The notes: generated by a model not told the origin, from the sequence alone. A stretch of 55,764 nt of DNA from Candidatus Moranbacteria bacterium RIFOXYA12_FULL_35_19 (GCA_001784805.1 MFSE01000013.1:1-55764), one strand, 5' to 3'. Positions 1 to 8,594 are shown, counted from the first letter of the stretch. Numbers and translations are program-made.

Positions 1-1450
1 AATTAAATAGAAATGTCATACCTTTGCGTTTAGTTAAAATGTCATACTTGTGGAAATTTATGAATTATGGACTAATTGTCTTTGTTCGAATTGAGCCGAT
101 ATTTGTTTTCTCCAAGGATGATTAGCGGGTGGCATCCAAGGAGCTTTGCTCGGAGTGAGAGCAACTAATTTAGTCTTAATCTTTTCCGGTCTGGCAGGTA
201 ATTTTTTAAAATTCAAATACTTTTCTTTTTTGCTTAAATGAATCGATCCATCTAATCTTTCTTCAATTAAAACTAGATCTTTTTTGTAAACTGTGGTGGG
301 TTGAATTTCATCTAGTTGGTACCAAATGTTTTTAAACTGCACAGTAAAATCATTTTTAATTTGTCTTTGGGATTGGATAGAGAATATCTTATCTAGATTA
401 GTTTGGTCGTGTTGAGTTAATGGTTTATGCAAATTAGTATCTTTGGTTGGGACTACAGAAAATCTATTATTAAAATCCTGAATAAATGTTTCTTCTAAAA
501 ATTCATTGGCTGTTTTAGTATCGCTGATATTTTGGAGTCTCAATTCTTTGACTAATCTATCTTGCAAGGTTTCAAATAGTCTTTCAATTCTTCCTTTGGC
601 TTGGGGTGAATGAGCACTAATCAAATTGATATCTAAATCATTGCAGGCTCTTTGAAATTGAGTGAGTAATTCGTGATTATCGGTGGCATTTTTGTGATTC
701 ACCTTGTAGGTACTGAATTTATCGAGATAAATCGCTACGGGCTTGTTTTTAGCTTGGAGGTAGTCTTTCCAGAAGTTAAAGACTTCTACCACACCTTCGT
801 TTTTGCCAAAATTTAGTTTAGTGATTTTTCCGGTGGCGTCATCAATGGAAGCCAGGAGACAAACCTCCTTATTCCCATTTCTTTTTTCAAGCCATTTATG
901 ATAACTGCCATCAAACTGTTGCATTTCTCCATAACATTCTTTTCTTTCCCGCCAAGCTCGATGTTGTTGGTTTTGTTTTCTCTTTTTTGTTTTGAAAAAT
1001 TCTTCTTCAATCATTAAGTTTCTAATGGTGGTTACTCCCAGATTGATTTTATGAATCTCCATCAGTTTTTCTGTAGCTAGTGTTGGTCCGAAATCTGAAT
1101 AGTTTTTCTTGATTATTTTTTTAACTTTCCTCTTTAGTTTTTCTTCAATTTTGTTGTGGCTTACTTTGCCTCTCAGTTTATGGATAATTCCTTGGGTGCC
1201 GTCCTTAATCACACTAGATTTTAGTCTTTTGGTTTGTCTTATAGAAAGATGTAGTTGCTTGGAAGCATCAGTGCCATTGATCTTTTCAGCGATTAAATTG
1301 TTAATGATTGTGAGTCTCTCCGCTTCTTTATTTGTCATAGTGATTATGGATTGTTCCATTGTATTGGGTCTTAATAATTAACCCAATATTTTAGCAGGTA
1401 TGACATTTTAATAAAACGCTACTATGACATTACTACTTATTTATGACACA
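1..1450 (-). mobile_element. Insertion sequence, ISNCY-like; outer left boundary may lie beyond the window edge
   Basis: One rve/DDE transposase ORF bracketed by inverted copies of AAATGTCATAC. Copies lie at 11-22 and 36-49, with the reverse complement GGTATGACATTT at 1397-1408. Degenerate TATGACA copies lie at 1423-1429 and 1442-1448. Confidence 0.6.
58..1359 (-). CDS. DDE (rve-type) transposase, ISNCY-family-like
   Basis: 433 aa. N-terminal HTH region, then catalytic-core-like segments SIDDATGK, YLDKFSTY and AHSPQAKGRIERLFETLQDRLVKELRL, typical of integrase-core transposases. Confidence 0.7.
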   Translation of the reverse strand: MEQSIITMTNKEAERLTIINNLIAEKINGTDASKQLHLSIRQTKRLKSSVIKDGTQGIIHKLRGKVSHNKIEEKLKRKVKKIIKKNYSDFGPTLATEKLMEIHKINLGVTTIRNLMIEEEFFKTKKRKQNQQHRAWRERKECYGEMQQFDGSYHKWLEKRNGNKEVCLLASIDDATGKITKLNFGKNEGVVEVFNFWKDYLQAKNKPVAIYLDKFSTYKVNHKNATDNHELLTQFQRACNDLDINLISAHSPQAKGRIERLFETLQDRLVKELRLQNISDTKTANEFLEETFIQDFNNRFSVVPTKDTNLHKPLTQHDQTNLDKIFSIQSQRQIKNDFTVQFKNIWYQLDEIQPTTVYKKDLVLIEERLDGSIHLSKKEKYLNFKKLPARPEKIKTKLVALTPSKAPWMPPANHPWRKQISAQFEQRQLVHNS

Positions 1451-1468
1451 CCAAAATTATCCCCAGCT

Positions 1469-1582
1469 TTATCCCCCACCACTTTTTTTATTATTATTCA
1501 ATTAAATTCAGTTGGCTAATTGAAAAATTTAAGTTTATAATTTTCATATAAACATCCGCAAACAAAAAGTGGTGGGGGATAA
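1469..1582. repeat. Perfect 19-bp inverted repeat with a 76-nt structured spacer
   Basis: TTATCCCCCACCACTTTTT (1469-1487) is the exact reverse complement of AAAAAGTGGTGGGGGATAA (1564-1582). The spacer holds an inner hairpin TTCAATTA/TAATTGAA. Confidence 0.7.
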
Positions 1583-1622
1583 ATTTGATAATCTGGCGAT
1601 AATCTTGTAGATTAGATGATAT

Positions 1623-1710
1623 GGAAGCGTGCCAGAGTGGCCGAATGGGGCGGTTTCGAAAACCGCTGTCGCCTCACCGGCGACCAGAGGTTCGAATCCT
1701 CTCGCTTCCG
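1623..1710 (+). tRNA. tRNA-Ser (anticodon CGA)
   Basis: Hand-folded cloverleaf. Acceptor GGAAGCG/CGCTTCC, anticodon stem GCGGT/ACCGC with loop TTCGAAA, long variable arm, T-loop TTCGAAT. Confidence 0.85.
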
Positions 1711-1768
1711 CCGCCTTTACATTGACCCTATTAAATGCTAGCCTAAAAGAAGTTAGTTTTATAAAATC

Positions 1769-2296
1769 ATGCTTACTATCGAAAATTTTATCCAAAATAA
1801 TTTATTTGTCATAACCTCCGTTTTTTCCGGTCTTTTTTTGGTTTTTCTTTTTTGGCTAATTTTTCTTCAAATCCAGCTTGCTAAAATAAAGAAAAAGGCT
1901 AAAACTTTTTTCGCAGAAAGTTCCATAAAAAACATCGAGGAACTTATTATCGGCCATTCCAAAAGTCTAAAAATTCTCGACAAGGATATTCAGGAACTTT
2001 ATACCATCTCCAATCAAATCAATAATTTGGCTTTTCGCGGATTCCACAAATTCGGTCTTATCCGTTTCAACCCTTTCAAAGATGTCGGGGGCGATCAAAG
2101 TTTTTCCTTAGCTTTGCTCAATGGAAAAAATGACGGTATTGTCCTTTCTTCTCTTTTTACTCGCGAAGGAACTAGGATTTATTCCAAAACAATAGTTTCC
2201 GGCCTTTCAGAAAAATATCCTCTCACCGATGAAGAAAAAGAAGCGATAAAAAAAGCTCTCCTGCCACCAAAAATTAAAAAAAATGATAAATCTTAA
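1769..2296 (+). CDS. DUF4446-family membrane-anchored protein
   Basis: N-terminal TM helix. Core GLIRFNPFKDVGGDQSFSLALLNGKNDGIVLSSLFTREGTRIYSK matches my recollection of the DUF4446 signature. Confidence 0.55.
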   Translation: MLTIENFIQNNLFVITSVFSGLFLVFLFWLIFLQIQLAKIKKKAKTFFAESSIKNIEELIIGHSKSLKILDKDIQELYTISNQINNLAFRGFHKFGLIRFNPFKDVGGDQSFSLALLNGKNDGIVLSSLFTREGTRIYSKTIVSGLSEKYPLTDEEKEAIKKALLPPKIKKNDKS

Positions 2297-2320
2297 TAAA
2301 ATTTACATCTCTCAAACTAA

Positions 2321-4096
2321 ATGATCAATGAAACTTCCAAAAAAATATCTCTCCCGCAAGCCATCACTGTTAAAAAATTCAGTGAGGTTTTGAAAATGCC
2401 TCTCAACGCAATTATCACTGAACTGATGAAAAACGGAATTTTAGCCACTATTAATGAAAAAATTGATTTTGAAACAGCATCAATCATTGCTCAAGATTTA
2501 GGTTTTGAAGTTTCTGAAGAAGCAGTAGATCTTGGAGAAAAAATGACTTTAGAAAAACTTAATGAAGAAATAAAAAAAGAAAAAGAATCCACCGATGTTT
2601 TGAAAAGTCGTCCGCCGATAGTTACAATTTTGGGTCATGTTGATCACGGAAAAACTACCCTTCTGGACACTATCCGAAAAACTAATGTTGCCGCCAAAGA
2701 ATCTGGCGGAATCACCCAACATATAAGTGCATACCAAGTCAAGAAAAAAGGTCAACTCATTACTTTTGTTGACACTCCAGGGCACGAAGCTTTCAGCGCT
2801 ATGCGCGAACGAGGCGTGAGCATTGCTGATATCGCTGTCCTTGTTGTGGCCGCTGATGACGGAGTACGCCCGCAAACCAGAGAAGTTATTGAATATCTTT
2901 TAGCCAAAAAAATTCCCACTGTTGTCGCGATAAATAAAATTGATAAACCGGAAATAAATATTCAAAGAGTAAAACAAGAATTGGCTGATGCCGGAATAGT
3001 TCTGGAAGAATGGGGCGGACAAGTGCTCTCGGCCAAAATCAGTGCCAAACAAAATATTGGCATCGATGATCTTTTGGATAATATTCTCCTCATCGCTGAA
3101 GTGGAAGATTTTCGTGCTAATTATAAACGCGATCCACTCGGTATTGTTTTGGAATCACATCTTGATCCGCAAAAAGGACCTGTGGCAACTGTTCTTATTA
3201 AAACCGGCACCCTCAAAGAAGGTCAGGATATCATTGCCGGTTCCGACCGTGGCCGGATAAAAAGAATTGAAGATTTTCGAGGAAACCGGATTTCTGAAGC
3301 CACTCCAGGAATGCCCATAAGTATCATTGGACTCCATCACACTCCCAACTCTAATGATATTTTGCAAACAGCTCCAGAAAAAACCCAGAGCAAATCTCAT
3401 TCTCAAGGGGGGCTTTTACAACAATCGCCGGAAGAATCTTTTAGCTCGCAAAAAATGATGCGTTCAATCGCTTCAGAAAAAATAAAAAGATTGAATATTA
3501 TTTTAAAATCGGATGTCCAAGGTTCACTGGAAGCTATCGGTCAAATTTTAGGCGAGATAAAATCCGAAGAAGTAGCCATTGATTATATAAAAACCGGTGT
3601 CGGAAACATCACCGAATCCGATGTCCGTTTGGCAGGAAGTTCCAATGCAATTATCTACGGATTCAATGTGGAAACTACGCCTGTTGCCAAAAGAATGTCC
3701 GAGACATCTAAAACAGAAGTCAAGAATTATAAAATTATTTACGAGCTCGTGGAAGATATTAAAAATAAACTTATCGCAATGCTTCCGCCAATTATCGAAC
3801 GAACTGACTTTGGAAAAATGAAAGTCTTGGCGCTTTTCAAAACCGGCCGTGGCGATATGATTATCGGCGGAAAAATATTAAGCGGAAAAATGTCCAACAA
3901 ATCTCTTATCGAAGTAATGCGCGGTGAAGCTGTCATCGGCCAAGGAAAACTCAATAATCTTCAAGAAAATAAAGTTGATGTGGATGAAGTTACTAGCGGA
4001 AAAGAATGTGGCATTACCTTTTTAGGCAATACCAAAATAAAAGAAGGTGATGTGCTTTTAAGTTATAAGGAAGAGGTGAAGAAAAGAACACTCTAA
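2321..4096 (+). CDS. infB: Translation initiation factor IF-2
   Basis: GTPase motifs GHVDHGKTTLLD, DTPGHEAF and NKID, plus the C-terminal IF-2 domains. Confidence 0.95.
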   Translation: MINETSKKISLPQAITVKKFSEVLKMPLNAIITELMKNGILATINEKIDFETASIIAQDLGFEVSEEAVDLGEKMTLEKLNEEIKKEKESTDVLKSRPPIVTILGHVDHGKTTLLDTIRKTNVAAKESGGITQHISAYQVKKKGQLITFVDTPGHEAFSAMRERGVSIADIAVLVVAADDGVRPQTREVIEYLLAKKIPTVVAINKIDKPEINIQRVKQELADAGIVLEEWGGQVLSAKISAKQNIGIDDLLDNILLIAEVEDFRANYKRDPLGIVLESHLDPQKGPVATVLIKTGTLKEGQDIIAGSDRGRIKRIEDFRGNRISEATPGMPISIIGLHHTPNSNDILQTAPEKTQSKSHSQGGLLQQSPEESFSSQKMMRSIASEKIKRLNIILKSDVQGSLEAIGQILGEIKSEEVAIDYIKTGVGNITESDVRLAGSSNAIIYGFNVETTPVAKRMSETSKTEVKNYKIIYELVEDIKNKLIAMLPPIIERTDFGKMKVLALFKTGRGDMIIGGKILSGKMSNKSLIEVMRGEAVIGQGKLNNLQENKVDVDEVTSGKECGITFLGNTKIKEGDVLLSYKEEVKKRTL

Positions 4097-4099
4097 AAA

Positions 4100-4212
4100 A
4101 ATTTCCAATTCACAATTTTCAATTTTCAGTGAATGATCAATTTTCAATTTTTAATATCTTTGGTTTGAAAATTTTTAACTTGAAAATTTATTGAAAATTG
4201 AAACTTGAAAAT
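4100..4212. repeat. Intergenic word-hairpin, TTTTCAA/TTGAAAA family
   Basis: CAATTTTCAATTTTCAG and related words face TTGAAAATTGAAACTTGAAAATT between infB and rbfA. Confidence 0.6.
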
Positions 4213-4213
4213 T

Positions 4214-4552
4214 ATGAATAATCGAATTGTTAAAATAAACGAACTCATAAAAAAACATACCAACGACATTATCCTCAAAGACCTCTCTCTAAAAGACGGG
4301 GTTTTTATTACTATCGCCAAAGTTGACACAACTCCCGATCTTCGCTATACTCGGGTGTTTGTTAGTATTTTCCCAGAAAAAGAAATTTCTTATGCTATGA
4401 AAACTTTAGAAAAAGAAATTTTCCAAATTCAAGGAATACTCAACAAAAAATTATCTATGCGACCACTGCCCAAAATCGAATTCCGACTTGATCTAACAGA
4501 ATCTAAGGCGGATGAGATAGAGAAATTGCTAAAAAATATAGAGAGCAATTAG
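4214..4552 (+). CDS. rbfA: Ribosome-binding factor A
   Basis: RbfA-like length and sequence (RYTRVFVSIFPEKE) in the conserved position after infB. ATG at 4214 preferred over the upstream TTG at 4205. Confidence 0.85.
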   Translation: MNNRIVKINELIKKHTNDIILKDLSLKDGVFITIAKVDTTPDLRYTRVFVSIFPEKEISYAMKTLEKEIFQIQGILNKKLSMRPLPKIEFRLDLTESKADEIEKLLKNIESN

Positions 4553-4650
4553 AAAGTAGTTTTTAGAAATTGGAAAATAGTTCAGGAAAACAGAAATTAG
4601 AGATTGGATTATTTCAATTTTCTATTTTCTAATTTCTTGAACTAATATCT
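4553..4650. repeat. Intergenic word-hairpin, TTCTAATTTC family, copy 1
   Basis: Shares GGAAAATAG, AGTTCAGGA and TTCTAATTTC (4627-4636) with copies at 11214-11335 and 50004-50105. Confidence 0.6.
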
Positions 4651-4694
4651 TTTTTCTTTATCACTTTTTTCTACTTTCGATTTTATTTATATAT

Positions 4695-5654
4695 ATGTCC
4701 AAATACACCCAAGAATTCAACACTCTCAATTATGTTATAAATGAATCTAGTGAGATTCTTCTTTTCGCTCATTCCCGTCCTGACTCCGACACAATCGGAT
4801 CGGTTTTAGCTTTACGAGAATATATTTTGGCTTTAGGAAAAAATGTTGCCATAGCTTGCGCCGATCCATATCCAGATTATCTTAAAGATTTAGCGCCGGA
4901 TTATTTTGAATTTCCCGATCATTTAGATTTAGAAAAATATAATCTAATAATCGCCACCGACAGCGTGGAAAGAGGTTTTCAAAAATTTTACCCTGTCTTC
5001 AAAGAAAATCAAATCGTCGCTCTTCTCGATCATCACCCCGACATCACGCTAAAAGGCGACATCAATATTATTGATCCAAAATATTCCTCTGTCTGCGAAA
5101 TTATTTATGATTTTTTTGAATTTAATAAAATCAAACTCTCTCGATCCATCGCTACCTTTCTTATGTTAGGAATTTTAGGCGATACCGGAAATTTTCAACA
5201 TTCCAACACTACTTCCAGAGTGTTAGAAATAGCTTCTGTTCTTATGAAAAAAGGTGCCCCGATAACTAAAATCATTAGCATTGCTTTTTCTAATAAAAAT
5301 ATTTCCGCTCTCAAACTTTGGGGCAAAGCTTTTGAAAAAGCTCGCATCAATCCAGAAAATGGGATGATCGCTTCCTTTATTTCCGAAAAAGAACTGGCGG
5401 AATGCGGAGGAAATTTGGAAGATATCGCTCAAGTCTCAACTATCCTAAATTCCGTCCCCGGCACAAAATTTGCATTAGTTTTATCCGAAAGAGGCGACGG
5501 AATTATCAAGGGAAGTTTGCGTTCCGAAGAATATAAAGGCGTCGATGTCTCCCGCATCGCCGCCCAGTTCGGTGGTGGCGGCCACCGCCTCGCCTCCGGC
5601 TTTGAAATCAAAGGCAAAGTTGTCGAGACAGCCGAAGGCTGGCAAGTGGTATAA
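4695..5654 (+). CDS. nrnA: DHH/DHHA1 phosphoesterase, NrnA-like oligoribonuclease/pAp phosphatase
   Basis: DHH-type N-terminus (HSRPDSDTIGS, DHH) and the C-terminal GGGGHRLASG motif. Confidence 0.8.
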   Translation: MSKYTQEFNTLNYVINESSEILLFAHSRPDSDTIGSVLALREYILALGKNVAIACADPYPDYLKDLAPDYFEFPDHLDLEKYNLIIATDSVERGFQKFYPVFKENQIVALLDHHPDITLKGDINIIDPKYSSVCEIIYDFFEFNKIKLSRSIATFLMLGILGDTGNFQHSNTTSRVLEIASVLMKKGAPITKIISIAFSNKNISALKLWGKAFEKARINPENGMIASFISEKELAECGGNLEDIAQVSTILNSVPGTKFALVLSERGDGIIKGSLRSEEYKGVDVSRIAAQFGGGGHRLASGFEIKGKVVETAEGWQVV

Positions 5655-5751
5655 AATTTTCAATTTTCAATATTTTTTTAAAATTATATTAACTTTGTAT
5701 TGAAATTTAGTCTTGCGAAACGCTCTCCTGAAAAATTTTTGCATTTTTAAT

Positions 5752-5880
5752 CCACCCTATAAAATAAAGAATTATAAATTAAGATTTTTGAGCGTTAAAA
5801 ATTTACTCATCAGTTCCCAAGGGGAGTTAGTAAATTTAGCGAGAAAATCGAAAATTTATTTCTTTATTTTATTAGGGTGG
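5752..5880. repeat. Nested inverted-repeat element in the 328-bp nrnA-nfo spacer
   Basis: CCACCCTATAAAATAAAGAA (5752-5771) faces TTCTTTATTTTATTAGGGTGG (5860-5880), with an inner hairpin AAATTTACT/AGTAAATTT. A separate perfect 13-bp hairpin TTACTTTTCTTTG-AGG-CAAAGAAAAGTAA lies at 5893-5921. Confidence 0.6.
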
Positions 5881-5982
5881 CCACTTTCTTTTGTTACTTT
5901 TCTTTGAGGCAAAGAAAAGTAAAGGGAGAATATTTTCTTGGCTCGAAAGAAAAAGTAAGGCAAAGTATGCTAAAATAATCTC

Positions 5983-6807
5983 ATGAATATCGGTTGTCAT
6001 GTCTCAATCGCCGGAGGAATTTTTGAAGCTCCTAAGAGAGCTTCTGATTTAGGCTGCGAATGTATGCAAATTTTCACCCGCTCCCCGCAAGGTGGCAAGG
6101 CCCCCGAACTAACTCCAGAAGTTGTGAAAAAATTCAAAGCAGAAATGAAAAAATATTCGCTTGAAAATTTTTACATTCATACACCATATTATATCAACTT
6201 TGCTTCGGAAAATAATCGCATTCGTTACGGGTCCGTGAGTGTGGTGCGAGATGAATTGGAACGAGGAAATCTCATTGGCGCAAAATATGTCATGACCCAT
6301 CTTGGCACTGCCAAAGATTTGGGGCAAAAAGAAGCCATTGCCAAAACCATCGAGATGCTTCAAAAAACTTTAGAAGATTACTCTGGAAAAACTAAATTAA
6401 TTTTAGAAAACAGTGCTGGCGCCGGAGAAATTATCGGCGATGATTTGTCAGAATTAGCAGAAATTATCAAAGGCGTCAATTCAAAATCTATTGCTGGCAT
6501 TTGTCTCGACACCCAACATTCTTTTGCCTCCGGTTATGATTGGCGAGATTTTGAAAAAACCCTAGCCAGAATTGACAGTGAAATTGGTCTTAAAAATATA
6601 AAACTATTCCACGTCAACGACAGCCTCACTGAATGCGGATCTAATAAAGACCGCCACGCCCACATCGGCGAAGGCTTGATTGGAAATGAGGCTTTCAAAA
6701 ACATTGTCGCCTTTGCCAAAAAAAATAACATTGATATGATTCTCGAGACCGAACATGATCGCGTTTCAGATGACATAAATCTTCTAAAAAAATTCCGTGA
6801 TAAATAA
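5983..6807 (+). CDS. nfo: Deoxyribonuclease IV (endonuclease IV)
   Basis: TIM-barrel AP endonuclease motifs IHTPYYINFAS, CLDTQHSFASGYD, HVNDS, DRHAHIGEG and ILETE. Confidence 0.9.
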   Translation: MNIGCHVSIAGGIFEAPKRASDLGCECMQIFTRSPQGGKAPELTPEVVKKFKAEMKKYSLENFYIHTPYYINFASENNRIRYGSVSVVRDELERGNLIGAKYVMTHLGTAKDLGQKEAIAKTIEMLQKTLEDYSGKTKLILENSAGAGEIIGDDLSELAEIIKGVNSKSIAGICLDTQHSFASGYDWRDFEKTLARIDSEIGLKNIKLFHVNDSLTECGSNKDRHAHIGEGLIGNEAFKNIVAFAKKNNIDMILETEHDRVSDDINLLKKFRDK

Positions 6808-6810
6808 TCT

Positions 6811-6927
6811 TTCCACGACCGCATCATCCGAAACGAAACCGAATTAAACAAAATCAGAGAATATATTTTATCTAATCCACGAATGTGGGAACGCGATAGA
6901 AATAATTCAGAAAATATTTTGATGTAA
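6811..6927 (+). pseudogene. C-terminal relic of an IS200/RAYT-like (Y1) transposase
   Basis: Translates to FHDRIIRNETELNKIREYILSNPRMWERDRNNSENILM*. This resembles the conserved tail of COG1943-type transposases. No N-terminal part or start codon is present. It begins one codon after the nfo stop, in the same frame. Confidence 0.55.
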
Positions 6928-6936
6928 AATAAAAAC

Positions 6937-6964
6937 CGGCAGGCACCACGATGGGCGCCTGCCG
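6937..6964. terminator. GC-rich hairpin between convergent genes
   Basis: CGGCAGGC-ACCACGATGGGC-GCCTGCCG, an 8-bp stem preceded by an A-run. It is part of a 34-nt repeat that recurs at 9310-9343. Confidence 0.55.
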
Positions 6965-7043
6965 AATTTGCAAAATTAAATATAATGAGCGGGAAATGTC
7001 CATAAATTTTTCTTTGCTGATACGCAAAGAACATCTTCCAAAG

Positions 7044-7232
7044 TTAGTGTTTTTGAACATAAAATATCCACACTTCAGGATATGTTCCGCAATAAATAAC
7101 CTGCCGATGGGTAATAACGATTTTATCTCTCTGTTTCCGTAGCCACTCATTAGCCTCTTTAATCACAAAATCCTCCGCTGTTTGTCCCGCTTTTAAATAT
7201 ATACTTGAAGTAAAATATTTTATTCGCTCCAT
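7044..7232 (-). CDS. Small hypothetical protein (62 aa)
   Basis: Good SD (AGAGAGGTGA) about 6 nt upstream of the ATG. No family recognised. Confidence 0.5.
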   Translation of the reverse strand: MERIKYFTSSIYLKAGQTAEDFVIKEANEWLRKQRDKIVITHRQVIYCGTYPEVWIFYVQKH

Positions 7233-7388
7233 TGCTCACCTCTCTTTTGTTAAGTTGTTAAGTTTCATTCATCTTTTTATCATAACAACCAATTATACGC
7301 CAAAATCAACAAAGTGTCAATAATTCTAGATTTCAAATTGATATTTTGTTATATTTGGCTAATATAAAGCAATATAATTTAATTAGTG

Positions 7389-7417
7389 TTGACATTTCTA
7401 CCGTCATTTGATATAAT
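7389..7417 (+). promoter_or_regulatory. Sigma-70-like promoter of the TrmB paralog
   Basis: TTGACA (7389-7394), 17-nt spacer, TATAAT (7412-7417). The ATG is at 7427, so the leader is at most a few nt. Confidence 0.6.
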
Positions 7418-7426
7418 TGAGATAAT

Positions 7427-8281
7427 ATGAGCCTAGAAAATAACCTAAAATCAATTGGATTAGAAGAAAAAGAAGCGCAAGTCTATCTCGCTACTCTTGA
7501 ACTTGGACCAACAAACATTCAAAATCTAGCCAAGAAAGCTGGGATCAAGCGTAGCACTGTCTATGAGATACTACGAAATCTCAAAAACCAAGGCCTTATT
7601 TCCGAAGCTATGCAAGGAAAAAGAAAACTAATCATCGCTTCTTCACCTGACAAACTCAAAAGGAATATCAAAGAAAAAGAAAATTTACTAAATCAAATTT
7701 TGCCAGAGCTAAAATCACTCGACAACGCCGGACCGATCAAACCAAAAATCACTTATTATGAAGGCAGAGAAGGACTTCGCGAAATTTACATGATTGCGCT
7801 GGAAGCGAAAAACAAAAGAGCGGATTGGGTTTCACCTATTCAATCCGTCGTAGAAACAGTTGGAGAAGATTTTTTGGAAAAATATGTCGAAACAAAAAAA
7901 AGAATGGGTTATTGGATTCGTTCCCTTCACATCACTAGTCGCCAAGTATCCACCTACAAATATCTTGATCCAATAACTTTCAAAAAAACTTTGCGTGATG
8001 TTAGATTTTCACCGCAAGACATAGACATTCCAAACACAATTGCAATGTGGGATAATAAGGTAGCTATCATCAGCACTCAAAAAGAAGGTTTTGGATTTAT
8101 AATCGAAAGCAAAGATTTTTCAATCTCAATGAAAATGTTTTACGAATTACTTTGGAACATCAGTAAACCCTATGGCGATATGAATTTTGAGAACAAAAAT
8201 AAAAACGAGGAGAATAAATCCAGCACTATTAACAAAGTGCTGGGCAAGGACGACGACCTAGATTATTGGGCGAAGCAATAA
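7427..8281 (+). CDS. TrmB-family transcriptional regulator, paralog 1
   Basis: N-terminal wHTH EKEAQVYLATLELGPTNIQNLAKKAGIKRSTVYEILRNLKNQGLI plus a TrmB-like C-terminal domain. Confidence 0.8.
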   Translation: MSLENNLKSIGLEEKEAQVYLATLELGPTNIQNLAKKAGIKRSTVYEILRNLKNQGLISEAMQGKRKLIIASSPDKLKRNIKEKENLLNQILPELKSLDNAGPIKPKITYYEGREGLREIYMIALEAKNKRADWVSPIQSVVETVGEDFLEKYVETKKRMGYWIRSLHITSRQVSTYKYLDPITFKKTLRDVRFSPQDIDIPNTIAMWDNKVAIISTQKEGFGFIIESKDFSISMKMFYELLWNISKPYGDMNFENKNKNEENKSSTINKVLGKDDDLDYWAKQ

Positions 8282-8303
8282 AAAAATATTTCAAATAAAA
8301 TTC

Positions 8304-8335
8304 AACAGGAATAATAATTAATTCCTGTTTTTTTA
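8304..8335 (+). terminator. Rho-independent terminator
   Basis: AACAGGAAT-loop-ATTCCTGTT followed by a T-run. Confidence 0.7.
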
Positions 8336-8436
8336 TTCCGACTACTATTTCTTATTTATATCTTCTCCTTTTTTTATTCATACCTCCTTCTTATATAATC
8401 CATCCTAAGATAATCTCATTGTTTATCGCTACACAT

Positions 8437-8483
8437 CACTCTCACATTTGTGCATATGCACATTTTTGAGAATAGTGCTATAA
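8437..8483 (+). promoter_or_regulatory. TGCATATGCA palindrome motif, copy 1 (putative operator)
   Basis: CTCACATTTGTGCATATGCACATTTTTGAGA with a 14-bp perfect palindrome TGTGCATATGCACA. It overlaps a TATAAT-like box (GCTATAAT). Confidence 0.5.
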
Positions 8484-8545
8484 TATACTCATCAAACAAA
8501 TCTATTAAAATTTAATATAACTTTATACAATTTAATATAAACTAG

Positions 8546-8590
8546 CTCTCATTTTTGTGCATATGCATAATTTTGAGACAATAACACAAA
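8546..8590 (+). promoter_or_regulatory. TGCATATGCA palindrome motif, copy 2 (putative operator)
   Basis: CTCTCATTTTTGTGCATATGCATAATTTTGAGA, a direct repeat of copy 1, just upstream of the ATG at 8595. Confidence 0.5.
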
Positions 8591-8594
8591 TAAT

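Noticed and set aside
2549-2875. Antisense and overlapping ORFs inside infB. The same applies to those inside gyrA, ftsH, cca, rpsA, nfo, folD, xerC and others.
   Set aside because: They lie opposite or out of frame within strongly conserved genes and have low-complexity translations with no start context. Treated as spurious.
5713-5907. 64-aa ORF in the nrnA-nfo spacer.
   Set aside because: It has no SD, and the translation is dictated by the inverted repeats. A non-coding structured element is more likely.
7233-7426. Search for riboswitches, T-boxes, RNase P, tmRNA, SRP or 6S RNA in this and the other longer spacers (8282-8594, 14994-15210, 19824-20026).
   Set aside because: I recognised no conserved cores of these RNA families by eye. 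A covariance-model scan is needed to exclude them.
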